Position numbers and translations under genes: made by a program. A model generated the notes under the pieces. It saw nothing but the letters and a program-made list of their open reading frames with translations. It did not search any database and was not told the origin of the DNA. From an uncultured delta proteobacterium (lineage in GTDB: Bacteria > Myxococcota_A > Polyangia > Polyangiales > Polyangiaceae): 64,000 bases of DNA. This document shows positions 29,679-39,278 of the stretch, piece by piece. Location: positions 1 through 64,000 of the forward strand of contig CAVQUB010000001.1 of NCBI GenBank assembly GCA_963716725.1, given 5' to 3'. Numbering within the stretch: position 1 is the first letter of the stretch; each line of letters starts with the position of its first letter.

Positions 29679-31177
29679 GCGGCCCTCCGCCCGGACGAGA
29701 GCGCCTCGATCGCCGCCACCGCCTCCATTCCTGAAACGGTAGCCAGCTCCGTGCCGATGCCGCGACCTCCAGCGCCGTCGCCGGCGAAGAACAAACCCGG
29801 GACCGGGGTCACGACCGGCAGTCGGTCAGCTCCCACTTGCCCTGGCCACTGCCCATTCGAGATGGCTGCGTTGTTGCTCTTGCCCATCCACAGCCCGACG
29901 TCGGGCACGGAGGTCCACTCGACCCACTCGAGCTCCTGCCAGAATCCCGGCAAAATGCTGGCAAACGCGGCCAAGACGCGCTCCCGCCAGACTTCGGGCG
30001 GGTCGGCAGGATCGCTCCGCAGCGGGCCGTAGATGCTGGCGACAACGAGTTGCTTGCCGTCCGGTCCGAGCGACGCATCGTAGTTGGTCGGTACCGGCGC
30101 GTAGATCGCCATCGGATCCGAGACTCTCCCCGCGTCGATGGCGGTGACCGTGTCTCGCATCAAGTCGAGACTCAGATCGGCAAGCGTGTGCCCACTGAGA
30201 GAGACGCCGGCGATGAGGCACCCCTCTTCAATCAGAGGCCGCCGCAAGGCAAACTTGATCTGGTGGGCGTTGCCCGAACCGCGCACGCTCCGCACGCGCT
30301 CCACCCAGTCTGTCGGCAGCGCCGACTCGTCGAGCAGCGGCAGGGTGTCGCGCGGCGCGAGGTTGCACACGACGACTGGCGCGCTGTACTCGCGGCCGTC
30401 TTCGGTCACGACCGAGAGTTCGTCGCGGTGCTCCACGATGGATTCGACTCGAGCACCGGTGACGATCTCACCTCCGCTGGGCGCCACCGGGCCAAGCAGC
30501 GCGTGAATGATGCTGTCCATGCCGCCCTCGACGTACGAGAGGCTGTAGGCACGGATCACCCAGCGCAGACAACGCACGGCCTCTCCGGCGGACACTTGCC
30601 ACGGCGGCAGCACGAAGAAGATGCTCGCGAGGAAGCTGAACAAGAAGTAGGCGCCGGGGTTGTCGGTGTGCTCCCGAACGAAGTCGTCGAGCGTGCGGCG
30701 GTCCCAGTGTCGGAGTTCGCGCTCGGTGAGAGTGAAGACCTGGAACAACATCCGCCCCAGCCCCGCCATTTCCGAGGCAGAAAGCCCTAGCTTGCGCGCA
30801 GCTTCGAGGGCGTAGGCCGGAAGCTGGTGCCGCTTCTCGGGCGCGGCGATGTCGAACATGCCACGCGAGCGCACGGGCATGCGATGCCGGATGAAGCGCG
30901 GGCCGGCGAGCCCGAACTCACGGAGCAGGTGCCCGATGGGGCCCTTGTCGCCGCGCGAGATGAGGTGACTGCCGACGTCGATCTTGAAGCCGTCGCGGGT
31001 GTAGGACGCGAGGATGCCGCCCAGCGAGTGGTTCTTCTCGATCACGAGCACACTTCGGCCGCGACGAGCGAGCAGACCCGCGGCGACAGCACCGCCAATT
31101 CCACTGCCAACGACGACCACGTCGTAGCGGGACTGACTCCCTTTGGAGCACGTTGGCGGGAGCGGTGGCACAGTCAT
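29675..31177 (-). CDS. phytoene desaturase-like (CrtI superfamily) FAD oxidoreductase
   Basis: YDVVVVGSGIGG, EKN..LGG, DGF..DVG.H, GGM, TPVPGLFFAGD. Confidence 0.85.
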   Translation of the reverse strand: MTVPPLPPTCSKGSQSRYDVVVVGSGIGGAVAAGLLARRGRSVLVIEKNHSLGGILASYTRDGFKIDVGSHLISRGDKGPIGHLLREFGLAGPRFIRHRMPVRSRGMFDIAAPEKRHQLPAYALEAARKLGLSASEMAGLGRMLFQVFTLTERELRHWDRRTLDDFVREHTDNPGAYFLFSFLASIFFVLPPWQVSAGEAVRCLRWVIRAYSLSYVEGGMDSIIHALLGPVAPSGGEIVTGARVESIVEHRDELSVVTEDGREYSAPVVVCNLAPRDTLPLLDESALPTDWVERVRSVRGSGNAHQIKFALRRPLIEEGCLIAGVSLSGHTLADLSLDLMRDTVTAIDAGRVSDPMAIYAPVPTNYDASLGPDGKQLVVASIYGPLRSDPADPPEVWRERVLAAFASILPGFWQELEWVEWTSVPDVGLWMGKSNNAAISNGQWPGQVGADRLPVVTPVPGLFFAGDGAGGRGIGTELATVSGMEAVAAIEALSSGRRAA

Positions 31178-31381
31178 CGGGGCCTCACGCCTGAATCAGC
31201 AGCGGTGACGCAGATGTTGCGCCGCGCACTCCGGATTCTGGCGTTTCCCGAGCAGCGAAGCGAAGAGCATGCCAACACGCCGAGAGTGCGCTTCTGACAG
31301 CACGACCGAGGATGAACTCGGCTGCTCACGCAGTCGATGCAGGCGATCGCCCAGCGCGCGACGATTCTGCGGAAGGCGGCC

Positions 31382-33133
31382 CTACCCCGCGGGCATCACC
31401 ATGAACTCTTCGCCGATCTTGGGCATGAAGCCCCGGCGCATGCGGCCGAACTCCATCAACAAGAACACACGGTTCGGGTCATCGAGGCTCGACGAGAATC
31501 GGTAGCGCACGCGCTTGGGTGCCCAGCCCTCGACCTCGAGCACCGTGATCTCGAGCCCGGGCAGGGCCGTGCGATCGCCGGGACGGAAGGGACGGCTGGG
31601 TGCGCGGAAGAGCTGCGAGGTCGGATCTCCGAACATGTGCCCACGCACGACGCTGAGCTCCAGCGTATCGTCGGCGACGCGCAGGGCGCGCTGCGGCGCG
31701 CTGGCGATGCTCAAGACCCGCCAGCGTTTCGGCATCGGCGCACCGTGATAGTTGCGAACCCACGGCGGATAGAGCAGCGCTGCCAGATCACCGGTCGCGT
31801 TGACCAGCACCAGCTCCTGCTCCGCCACTTTCGCGTCGTCGATTTCAGCGGCGAGGTGCTTGGCGCGGATGCCGCCGACGATCTTCTGCCAGAAGAAGGT
31901 GTAGTCGTGGGTCAGGCGCGGCGCGTGCCCGAGGTGCCAGATCGCGAGCGGGATAGTCGCCAGGGCCCGCAACCAGGCTCCGACTGTCCGGCCCGCCAGC
32001 AATCGCAGGCCGGAGTCCCAGATGATCGCGCCGAGGAGCGCGCTGCCGCCGAAGCTGGCGATCAAGAGCAAGCGGACCGAGGGCACCGTGCCCACCAGCG
32101 GCAGCATCGCGAGCAACATGCCCAGTCCCGCGGTGCCCAGGAGGCGGCGACCATCGGCATCACTGCGGCGCCAGCTGTCGACCACCAGCGCGATCAGCAC
32201 CACGATCGGGATCAGACCGACGAAGATCTTCGGCGATCGCAGGAGGATCATGGCGTACACCTCCTCGCCGGGCTCGAGCACGAACTCGGTGGCGATCATG
32301 GCCGGGATCCGCAGCAACGCTTCGGCGGCGAAGTGCCCTGGATTGTCGAAGGGGCCGATGTACACCACCGAACCCTTGGCGCCGTAGCCCAGCGTGACGT
32401 GGGCGCCGAGGTAGAGCGCCGCCGGCGCCGCCGCGAGCGCCAGCCCTCGGAGTCGCGCGGACCAGGCCTCGCCCTTGCTGAACAGCTCGTAGGCGGCGAC
32501 GTAGCCGAGCGCGCAGATCGCGTACTCGCCGCCCGCAAGCGCCAAGGTGAAGAAGAGCAGCGCGAGCCAGGGCCCGGCGCGCCAGCGATCTTGCCGGTAG
32601 CGCAGGTACGCCCACAGGCCCAGGGCGCCGAAGGTCGCGCTGATCAGCGCGGTGCGGTTGCAGATCCAAGCGATGGGGGCGACCAGCGACGAGTCGAAGG
32701 CGAGGATGGCCGTGGCGATCAGGGCGGCGCCGTCCGCGAGCAGGCGCCGCGCCAGCAAGAAGTAGCTGCAGATCAGCGCGACGGCCCAGAGCATCGAGTG
32801 GATGTGCTGCCCTCGGGGTGAGAGATCGAGCCCGCGTTGATCGACCCAGAGCAGGGCGCTCGAGAGCGGCCGGAGCAGGCTCAGCTTGAGGTCGGGGTGG
32901 CTCCACCAGGGCACCACGCCGCCGTCCATCAGCGGCGCGAGCTCACTTTGGCGGTGCAGGAAGGCGTACAGGTCGAGGGGTGAGCGGGGGACGGGGTATC
33001 GTCCCTCGAGCATGGCTCGGTTCAAGAAGTCGTCGGCCGCGAGACCCGCATCGAGCGACGGAAAGTGGAGCCAGAGCGCCACCGCGGCGATCAGCGCCAC
33101 GATGACGACGCTCCGCTGCGCCGCGCTCGACAT
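31382..33133 (-). CDS. polytopic membrane protein, GT-C glycosyltransferase-like
   Basis: DD after TM1 (AADDF), RPLSS, many TMs, soluble C-terminal domain; paralog of 36206..37915. Confidence 0.6.
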   Translation of the reverse strand: MSSAAQRSVVIVALIAAVALWLHFPSLDAGLAADDFLNRAMLEGRYPVPRSPLDLYAFLHRQSELAPLMDGGVVPWWSHPDLKLSLLRPLSSALLWVDQRGLDLSPRGQHIHSMLWAVALICSYFLLARRLLADGAALIATAILAFDSSLVAPIAWICNRTALISATFGALGLWAYLRYRQDRWRAGPWLALLFFTLALAGGEYAICALGYVAAYELFSKGEAWSARLRGLALAAAPAALYLGAHVTLGYGAKGSVVYIGPFDNPGHFAAEALLRIPAMIATEFVLEPGEEVYAMILLRSPKIFVGLIPIVVLIALVVDSWRRSDADGRRLLGTAGLGMLLAMLPLVGTVPSVRLLLIASFGGSALLGAIIWDSGLRLLAGRTVGAWLRALATIPLAIWHLGHAPRLTHDYTFFWQKIVGGIRAKHLAAEIDDAKVAEQELVLVNATGDLAALLYPPWVRNYHGAPMPKRWRVLSIASAPQRALRVADDTLELSVVRGHMFGDPTSQLFRAPSRPFRPGDRTALPGLEITVLEVEGWAPKRVRYRFSSSLDDPNRVFLLMEFGRMRRGFMPKIGEEFMVMPAG

Positions 33134-33207
33134 CGGCTGCGACAATGGCGGATTTCCAATACCGCGCAAGGTCCATTAGACTGCCCCGGAGGTTTTCTTT
33201 CGTTCCG

Positions 33208-34041
33208 ATGCTGAGCGCGCTGCGCATCCTGTTCGACGTCGTCGTCTTTAGGTTGCGTCGGCTCGAAATGGCCAACCTCGCCGGCGCGGTCTCGGTGATG
33301 CTGGCTCTGCGACTGCCCGTCAGCGACGTCGTGCTGCGCACGGGCTTCGCGTTGTTGCTCAACGTGCTGGCCTACCTCACCAACGACTACTGTGATCTCG
33401 AGCGCGACTTGAAGGCTGGGCGCGCTGAAGGAAAGACGCGGTTCTTGGCCGAGCACCGTCGGGCTGCCCTGGGCGCACAAATCGCGCTCGGCGCCATCTT
33501 GGCCGCCATCGCCCTCGGTCTGAGCCCGGGACTCTTGGTCGCGCTCGTGTTCGGCGAAGGGCTGTGCTGGCTCTACTCGGTGAAGGTCAAGCGCATGCCC
33601 TTCGCAGACGTGATCGTCATGGCGGTGTGTGGCGGCGCCATGGCCCTCGTCGCGGTGCCGCTCGACCGCGGCCTCGGCTGGCTGCTGGTTGCCCAGCTCG
33701 CGCTGTTCTCCGGCGCCTTCGAGCTGATCCAGGTGATGCGCGATCGAGTGGAAGACGCCGAGAGCGGAGTCGTGACCACCGCGGTGAAGCTGGGCGAGAG
33801 CTCCACCTTGCTCGTGCTTCGGTTCTGGATGGCGTTGACCGCCGCCTTCGCCACCCTGACCCTTCACCGATTCGTCGGCCCCGCGCTCGCGATCGCCATC
33901 TTCCTGCCCTACGCACAGGGTGGCGCCAAGAGTTACTGGAACCAGGTTCGCCTGGTATTTGGCCTGGTTTGGCTCGGCATTGTCGTAGCGACGGCGCTGG
34001 CAGGTCGAAGCCACGGGCTCTGGCTCAAGCTGGGCGACTAG
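33208..34041 (+). CDS. UbiA-family prenyltransferase
   Basis: NDYCDLERD, YS...KR.P..D, RDRVEDAESGVVT. Confidence 0.85.
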   Translation: MLSALRILFDVVVFRLRRLEMANLAGAVSVMLALRLPVSDVVLRTGFALLLNVLAYLTNDYCDLERDLKAGRAEGKTRFLAEHRRAALGAQIALGAILAAIALGLSPGLLVALVFGEGLCWLYSVKVKRMPFADVIVMAVCGGAMALVAVPLDRGLGWLLVAQLALFSGAFELIQVMRDRVEDAESGVVTTAVKLGESSTLLVLRFWMALTAAFATLTLHRFVGPALAIAIFLPYAQGGAKSYWNQVRLVFGLVWLGIVVATALAGRSHGLWLKLGD

Positions 34042-34119
34042 TGAGTTTTCTGCTGGCGGCTCGGGGCCACGGACGGTACGTCAGCAGCAGGTGAACCGTT
34101 TGCCGCGACGAGCAACGAG

Positions 34120-35490
34120 ATGACCGCGCTTCCGGCCGCCGGCGACACTTTCGCGGATCGCTACCGCGTCCACGATCGACTGGGGCAGGGGGGACACGGG
34201 GCGGTGTTTCGCGCGACCGACACCTTTCTCGATACCGACGTGGCGCTCAAGATCCTGCTTCCGGAACAGCTTGACGGGGTGGGTCGTGACCGCTTCCGTC
34301 GCGAGGCCGAGCTGGGCGAGCGCCTGACCAGCCCGCACAGCGTTCGGATCTACGGCCACGGCGAAGACGGAAACGGAGTGCCGTATATCGCCTTCGAGTT
34401 GCTCGAAGGCAGCGCGCTCTCTCGGCACTTGGCCGACCATGGGCCTCTGCCCTTGGAGCTGGTGACGCAGATCGCTCGCGCGACGCTCGATGCGCTGGCG
34501 GAAGCCCACGACCTGGGCATGGTTCACCGGGACATCAAGCCGGCGAACATCTACTTGTGCGAATACCGGGGCAGCGCGGACTTCGTCAAGGTTCTCGACT
34601 TCGGCATCGCCAAGCGATCTGACCGCAACGCAACCCAGTTGACGGCCGCGGACGTGGTCGTGGGCACGGCCCGTTACATGGCACCCGAACAGATCCGCGG
34701 CGACGAGATCTCGGCGGCGACCGACCTCTACTCGCTGGGTTTGGTGATGGCCGAGCTGCTGATGGCGGAGCCTGTGTTCCGCGGCGCCATCATCGACATG
34801 TGCATCGAGCAGGTTTCGGCGCGCGGCGTGCCGCTGCCCCAAGCCGTGCTGGCTTCTCCGCTGGGAGCGATCATCGCGCGGGCCACGGACAAACACCCCC
34901 CCGCGCGGTATCGGACTGCGCGCGAGATGCTCGCGGCGCTGCCGTCGTCGGGGCCCCGGACGGCCTTCTACGACGACGAAGGGCCCACCCAGGTCGTCGT
35001 GGCGCCAGCGCCGATGCCCCAGGTCCCACCGCGGCCGGGTGCAACGCTGATCTACGGAGACGACTCGGCTGTCGCGCCCACTCCAGCCCCCGCGCCCGCG
35101 GCGGCCACTACCTTGGTCTTCGGCGTGGTGCCCGGCTCGGACGCGCCGATCTCCGTGACCGCGATTCACTCCCCCGCCGCGTCGCTGCTCGCCCTCCCGG
35201 AGGTCCCGACCTCGAACCCCGTGATTGCTGCGGTGCCCACGTCGACTCCGCCTTTTTCTGCGGCCTCGCTGTCGATCCCCCCATCACACCCGGCGTTTTC
35301 GCCGCGGACGTCCCACTCGCATCCCTCACCCGGGCCGACGGACCTCGCGCGACCCGTCACGAGCACGACCTGGGTGCTGGGGATTCTGACGGCGTTCGTA
35401 CTGCTCGCGGCGTTGCTCGCCGCCGGCGCGTTGCTCGCGACTTCGCCCCAGTCGGCGGAGGCGCCTCCACCGATGCCGTCGTCGCGCTGA
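34120..35490 (+). CDS. Ser/Thr protein kinase with C-terminal TM
   Basis: LGQGGHG, VALK, HRDIKPAN, DFG, APE, DLYSLG. Confidence 0.95.
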   Translation: MTALPAAGDTFADRYRVHDRLGQGGHGAVFRATDTFLDTDVALKILLPEQLDGVGRDRFRREAELGERLTSPHSVRIYGHGEDGNGVPYIAFELLEGSALSRHLADHGPLPLELVTQIARATLDALAEAHDLGMVHRDIKPANIYLCEYRGSADFVKVLDFGIAKRSDRNATQLTAADVVVGTARYMAPEQIRGDEISAATDLYSLGLVMAELLMAEPVFRGAIIDMCIEQVSARGVPLPQAVLASPLGAIIARATDKHPPARYRTAREMLAALPSSGPRTAFYDDEGPTQVVVAPAPMPQVPPRPGATLIYGDDSAVAPTPAPAPAAATTLVFGVVPGSDAPISVTAIHSPAASLLALPEVPTSNPVIAAVPTSTPPFSAASLSIPPSHPAFSPRTSHSHPSPGPTDLARPVTSTTWVLGILTAFVLLAALLAAGALLATSPQSAEAPPPMPSSR

Positions 35491-35634
35491 TCAACTTCGA
35501 CTAGTACCGCGCGGCAGAAGTTTCGCTGGCTTCTTTTCCGTGTGCGTGTCGTCGGCGTAGTGGGGCATGATCGACTACAGCGCGTTCGCGGGCCGAGCGC
35601 ACGGTGGTCGTCCGACGGTTCCGCTCGCACGGGG

Positions 35635-36078
35635 ATGGCACAGGAAGGGCGAAAGCTCGGAAGATTTGGGGATGGGACGGACGAGGTGATCGGTGCGCTG
35701 ATCGAGGTGCATCGGCATCTCGGTCCAGGGCAGATGGAATCCGCATACGAGGCCTGTCTATCTGCCGAGCTGTCCGAACGACGGCTCAGGTTCGAGCGGC
35801 AGCGACCGCTACCAATCCGCTACCAATCCGCCAAAAAGGCGTGCACCTTGACTGCGCCTATCGCCTCGACCTGGTCGCTTCCAGATCATATCCTCCTGGA
35901 GCTCGGGGCGGTCGAGCGGCTGCTCCCGATTCACGAAGCGCAGGTCATCACCTATCTGCGCCTTTCGCAGTTGCCTGTCGGCCTGCTCGTCAACTTCAAC
36001 GTGACCGCGCTCAGAAATGGCCTGCGGGGGCTCACGCCTGACCCCCCCAATCCTTCCGCTCTTCCGCCCTTCCTGTGA
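35635..36078 (+). pseudogene. GxxExxY (PD-(D/E)xK-like) protein, degenerate
   Basis: IEVHRHLGPGQMESAYE, HEAQVITYL, GLLVNF; an 11-nt insertion plus a compensating +1 puts KGVHLDCAYRLDLV out of frame; ELK is replaced by ELG. Confidence 0.85.
35639..36077. repeat. imperfect inverted repeats of about 33 bp bracketing the GxxExxY ORF (35639-35671 and 36044-36077)
   Basis: Left CACAGGAAGGGCGAAAGCTCGGAAGATTTGGGG; reverse complement of right CACAGGAAGGGCGGAAGAGCGGAAGGATTGGGGG. Confidence 0.8.
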
Positions 36079-36205
36079 GAGCCCAAATGAGCGCGGGTCT
36101 CAGGCGCGAATCCACTCGAACTTCAGCCGCGCGGCACTAGCGAGCAGAGCGCTGCGGCGTCGCCGCCTTCGAGCGCGCGCAAGTCGAGGCGATCCAGTTT
36201 CGAGC

Positions 36206-37915
36206 TCATCGGGTGGGCTCCAACACGCGCCTTTCGCCCGCGCGCGGCGGCGTCGTCGGCACGAAGCTGGTGCCGTTCCAGTCCACGAACCGAAGTCGTT
36301 CGCTAGCCAAGGGCCAGTTGAAGCGGAATGTGACCGCCACGGGTTCGCCCGCCGGAGTGCTCTCGGTGACCAGCGCTTCCAGCGTGCCGATGTACACGCG
36401 GTCGCCCGCGCGCAGGGGGCTGGCACGGCTGCGAAATATCCGATTGAAAGGCTCCTCGAGGTAACCCGCGGGTGCCCTCAGCGACAGCGCGTTGTCGTCC
36501 ACGCGTGCTATCTCGACGCTGCCTCGACCCGCGTATAGGCAGACCATCGCGGGAGCCGGCCTGCGAACCGCGAGGTGGTGCAGGGCGCGCATGAGCGAGC
36601 AGAAATAGTAGTCCGGGGCGCCGAAGGCGACCACGAGGTCGTCGCCGGACGTTACGTTTGCGTAGGCACTGGCGCTCGCTGCCAGCGCGTGGTCGTGGAA
36701 GCGCTTCATTGTCAGCGACCGCCAGGGCAGGAGCGCGGGCGCTGCGATCAAATGCAGGACTGCCGCCGACAGGGCCAGCGTCTTCAGCGCGAGCGACGCG
36801 CGCTCGAGCGCCAACGAGATCAGCGTCGCGAGGCCGATGGCGGCTCCCAGGCCCGCGAACAGCAGGGTCCGGTCGCTGGGAGCGGTCGCCGCTGCGGGAA
36901 CCAGCGACAGCAGCATGCCGGCGAGACCGAAGCGAAGGGCTCCGCGAGATCTGCCCGCCGAACGTGTCGCAACGACGAGCGCGCCAAACGCCGCTGCACC
37001 CGGGAGTGCAAGCCAGAGCTGGGAGCCGTCGCCCAACCCGACCCAGGCGTCGGAGGGAGGGTAGCCGAGCTGTCCCAGGAGGAGCGCCCCCATGCGCGAC
37101 GGGAGCGCCGAGGCGAAGGTGAGGGGTGCTCCGATGGGGTCGAGGTAGATCCCGGAACCGCTGCTCCCGTATCCGAGCGCGCGGTAGAGCAGGGCCCAGC
37201 CGACTACCACCGAGAGCGCCGGCAGCAGTGCGAGCCAGCGTCGTGGGCCGCCGTCGAGGAAGAGCGTGTAGGTCACGAAATATGCCAGGGCCGCCAGGCC
37301 GAGCTCGCTCGAGCCGAGGCACAGCCCGAGCAGGGCGGGCGCGAGCCAGGCGTGAACGCGGGAGCCATCGCGCCGCCAGCGATCGTGGCTGAGGAGCGCG
37401 CCGAATCCGAAGGCCGCCGCGAGCACGGCGTTGCGGTTCGCGAGCCAACCCACCGCGTGCCCGTGCACGTCGTCGACGGCGTAGATCAGCCCGGCGAGCC
37501 CTGCCAGCCAGGCTTCGGGGACGATGCGCCGGAGCAGGGTTGCCACCAGACCCACGAGGGAGGCGAAGAGCACGATGCTCTCGACGTGCATGAGCCAGAC
37601 CGCGTCTCCCAACACCCGGTAGTCGAAGACGGTCCACAGACTCGACACCGGTCGGAAGAACGAGATGCGCAGCTCCGGCGAGGTGAGCCAGGGCAGGAGA
37701 CCGTCGCGTTGCCCCGCTTGCACGTCGACCGCCGTTCGCAGCGCGGAGTACAGGTTGACGCTCTCGCTGAGCGGGCGAGCCGCGTTTGCGCGGAGGGCGA
37801 AGTCTTCGGTGGCCAGCCCCGCGACGAGCGACGGGCTGGCGAGCACCAGCGCGATGAGCGCGAACGCGACGGGTGCGCGCGGGCTCGCGAGCCAGCCGCG
37901 CCACCCGGGCCCCAT
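36206..37915 (-). CDS. polytopic membrane protein, GT-C glycosyltransferase-like
   Basis: ATEDF, G..PW..PEL..SF.RP.SS, WLANRN, GYG..GS..Y.DP; paralog of 31382..33133. Confidence 0.6.
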   Translation of the reverse strand: MGPGWRGWLASPRAPVAFALIALVLASPSLVAGLATEDFALRANAARPLSESVNLYSALRTAVDVQAGQRDGLLPWLTSPELRISFFRPVSSLWTVFDYRVLGDAVWLMHVESIVLFASLVGLVATLLRRIVPEAWLAGLAGLIYAVDDVHGHAVGWLANRNAVLAAAFGFGALLSHDRWRRDGSRVHAWLAPALLGLCLGSSELGLAALAYFVTYTLFLDGGPRRWLALLPALSVVVGWALLYRALGYGSSGSGIYLDPIGAPLTFASALPSRMGALLLGQLGYPPSDAWVGLGDGSQLWLALPGAAAFGALVVATRSAGRSRGALRFGLAGMLLSLVPAAATAPSDRTLLFAGLGAAIGLATLISLALERASLALKTLALSAAVLHLIAAPALLPWRSLTMKRFHDHALAASASAYANVTSGDDLVVAFGAPDYYFCSLMRALHHLAVRRPAPAMVCLYAGRGSVEIARVDDNALSLRAPAGYLEEPFNRIFRSRASPLRAGDRVYIGTLEALVTESTPAGEPVAVTFRFNWPLASERLRFVDWNGTSFVPTTPPRAGERRVLEPTR

Positions 37916-37925
37916 CACACCTGGC

Positions 37926-38255
37926 TCACTCCTCGTCTTTCGGGTCGACGGGTCCCACCGGTGGGGGCGGGTGCGAGTGCGAGACGCTGGACTGCCCGTG
38001 CTCGTACGCGCGGCTCGACGCCAGCTGAAACAGCGCCTTGCCACCGGCGACGTCCGGATGCTGTCGCATGAGCTGGATCAACTTCTGCATCGCGAGCGGA
38101 GGCGGCACCGAGTCGTCGTAGAGCGAGAGCTTGATGCGCAGCACTTCGCAGGCCGGACTCGAGGTGGCCTCGTCGAGCGCTTGCCGCGCCGCTTCGTACT
38201 CCCCAGCTTCGAGCATTTCATCGATGGCGCGGAGGTGGTCGGAGGTGTCTGACAT
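37926..38255 (-). CDS. hypothetical protein
   Basis: 109-aa ORF with helical, protein-like composition, directly upstream of the membrane protein gene. Confidence 0.65.
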   Translation of the reverse strand: MSDTSDHLRAIDEMLEAGEYEAARQALDEATSSPACEVLRIKLSLYDDSVPPPLAMQKLIQLMRQHPDVAGGKALFQLASSRAYEHGQSSVSHSHPPPPVGPVDPKDEE

Positions 38256-38421
38256 TGGACCGCTCGGGAGGCCCGCGGGTGGGGGCCGTCCGCAGTCTAC
38301 GGAAGCTCGGGGGAGTGAGCAAAGCTCTTGGTCCCGGCCCTTGGTAAGGGCGCCGGCGGCGTGGTACGGTTTGCCGCGTTCCGGGGCTGCCCGGGCTGGA
38401 TTCGCAGGTGAAGCCGAGGCG

Positions 38422-39276
38422 ATGGTGAGCGAGAAGAAAGGACGGAGGGGCGGGGCGAGCGATGCGCCGCCGGCCGACCTCAAGCGGGAGCGCGACGAGC
38501 TGTTGCACACCATCTCCAAGGGCACGCGCATCACCGAGGAGTTCGCTCGGGACCACGAGCGCCTCGAGACGAAGCTCCGGGAGCTCGAGACCGAGAACGC
38601 CAGCCTGCGCGCCAAGGTCGAAGCCGACTCCGCGGTGCGCGAACTCCTCGAGAAGATCGCGCAGCTCGAAACCGAGAAGACCGACCTGGTTTCCCGCTTC
38701 CACGCCGCCGAGGCGGCCTCGTCGGAGGTGAGTGCACGCGTCGAAGAGATCGAGACCGAGTTCGCGAATCTGGCGAACCTCTTCGTGGCCAGCAACCAGC
38801 TGCACGCGAGCCTGTCACCACGGGGCGTCATGCGCCGCATCAAGGAGGTTCTGGCTCAGCTCGTGGGCGCAGAACGCTATTGCCTGTACCTGGCCAACGC
38901 CGAACGGAACGAGCTCGTGCCCGTGGCCTTCGAGGGGGTGCCCGGTGATCGGGTCGCCGCCGTCAGCATCGAGCGACACGCCCTCGGCGAGGTCTTCCGG
39001 AGCGGTTCGGCCGTGGTGGACGAAGACCGAGACCCGAGTCAGGGCGACTTCGACGCCCCGGCCGCCGTCATCCCCTTGAAGGTCGACGACCAGAACGTGG
39101 GCGTCATCGCCATCTTCAGCACCTTGTCCCAGAAGAACCGATTCGACACCATAGACTTCGAGCTGTTCAAGCTCTTGGGCCAGCAGGCGGCTTCCGCGCT
39201 GGTCAGCGCCAGCCTCTTTGCTCGGGCGGAGCGCAAACTACCGGGACTCGAGTCCTTCATCGATCTCAGCGTGTGA
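38422..39276 (+). CDS. coiled-coil plus GAF domain protein
   Basis: Long E/K/R/L heptads, then LANLFVASNQLH...IPL....VGVIAI...ELFKLLGQQAASAL. Confidence 0.85.
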   Translation: MVSEKKGRRGGASDAPPADLKRERDELLHTISKGTRITEEFARDHERLETKLRELETENASLRAKVEADSAVRELLEKIAQLETEKTDLVSRFHAAEAASSEVSARVEEIETEFANLANLFVASNQLHASLSPRGVMRRIKEVLAQLVGAERYCLYLANAERNELVPVAFEGVPGDRVAAVSIERHALGEVFRSGSAVVDEDRDPSQGDFDAPAAVIPLKVDDQNVGVIAIFSTLSQKNRFDTIDFELFKLLGQQAASALVSASLFARAERKLPGLESFIDLSV

Positions 39277-39278
39277 AC

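Noticed and set aside
29675..31177. Carotenoid biosynthesis cluster
   Set aside because: No phytoene synthase or cyclase in the window; the CrtI-like fold alone is not diagnostic
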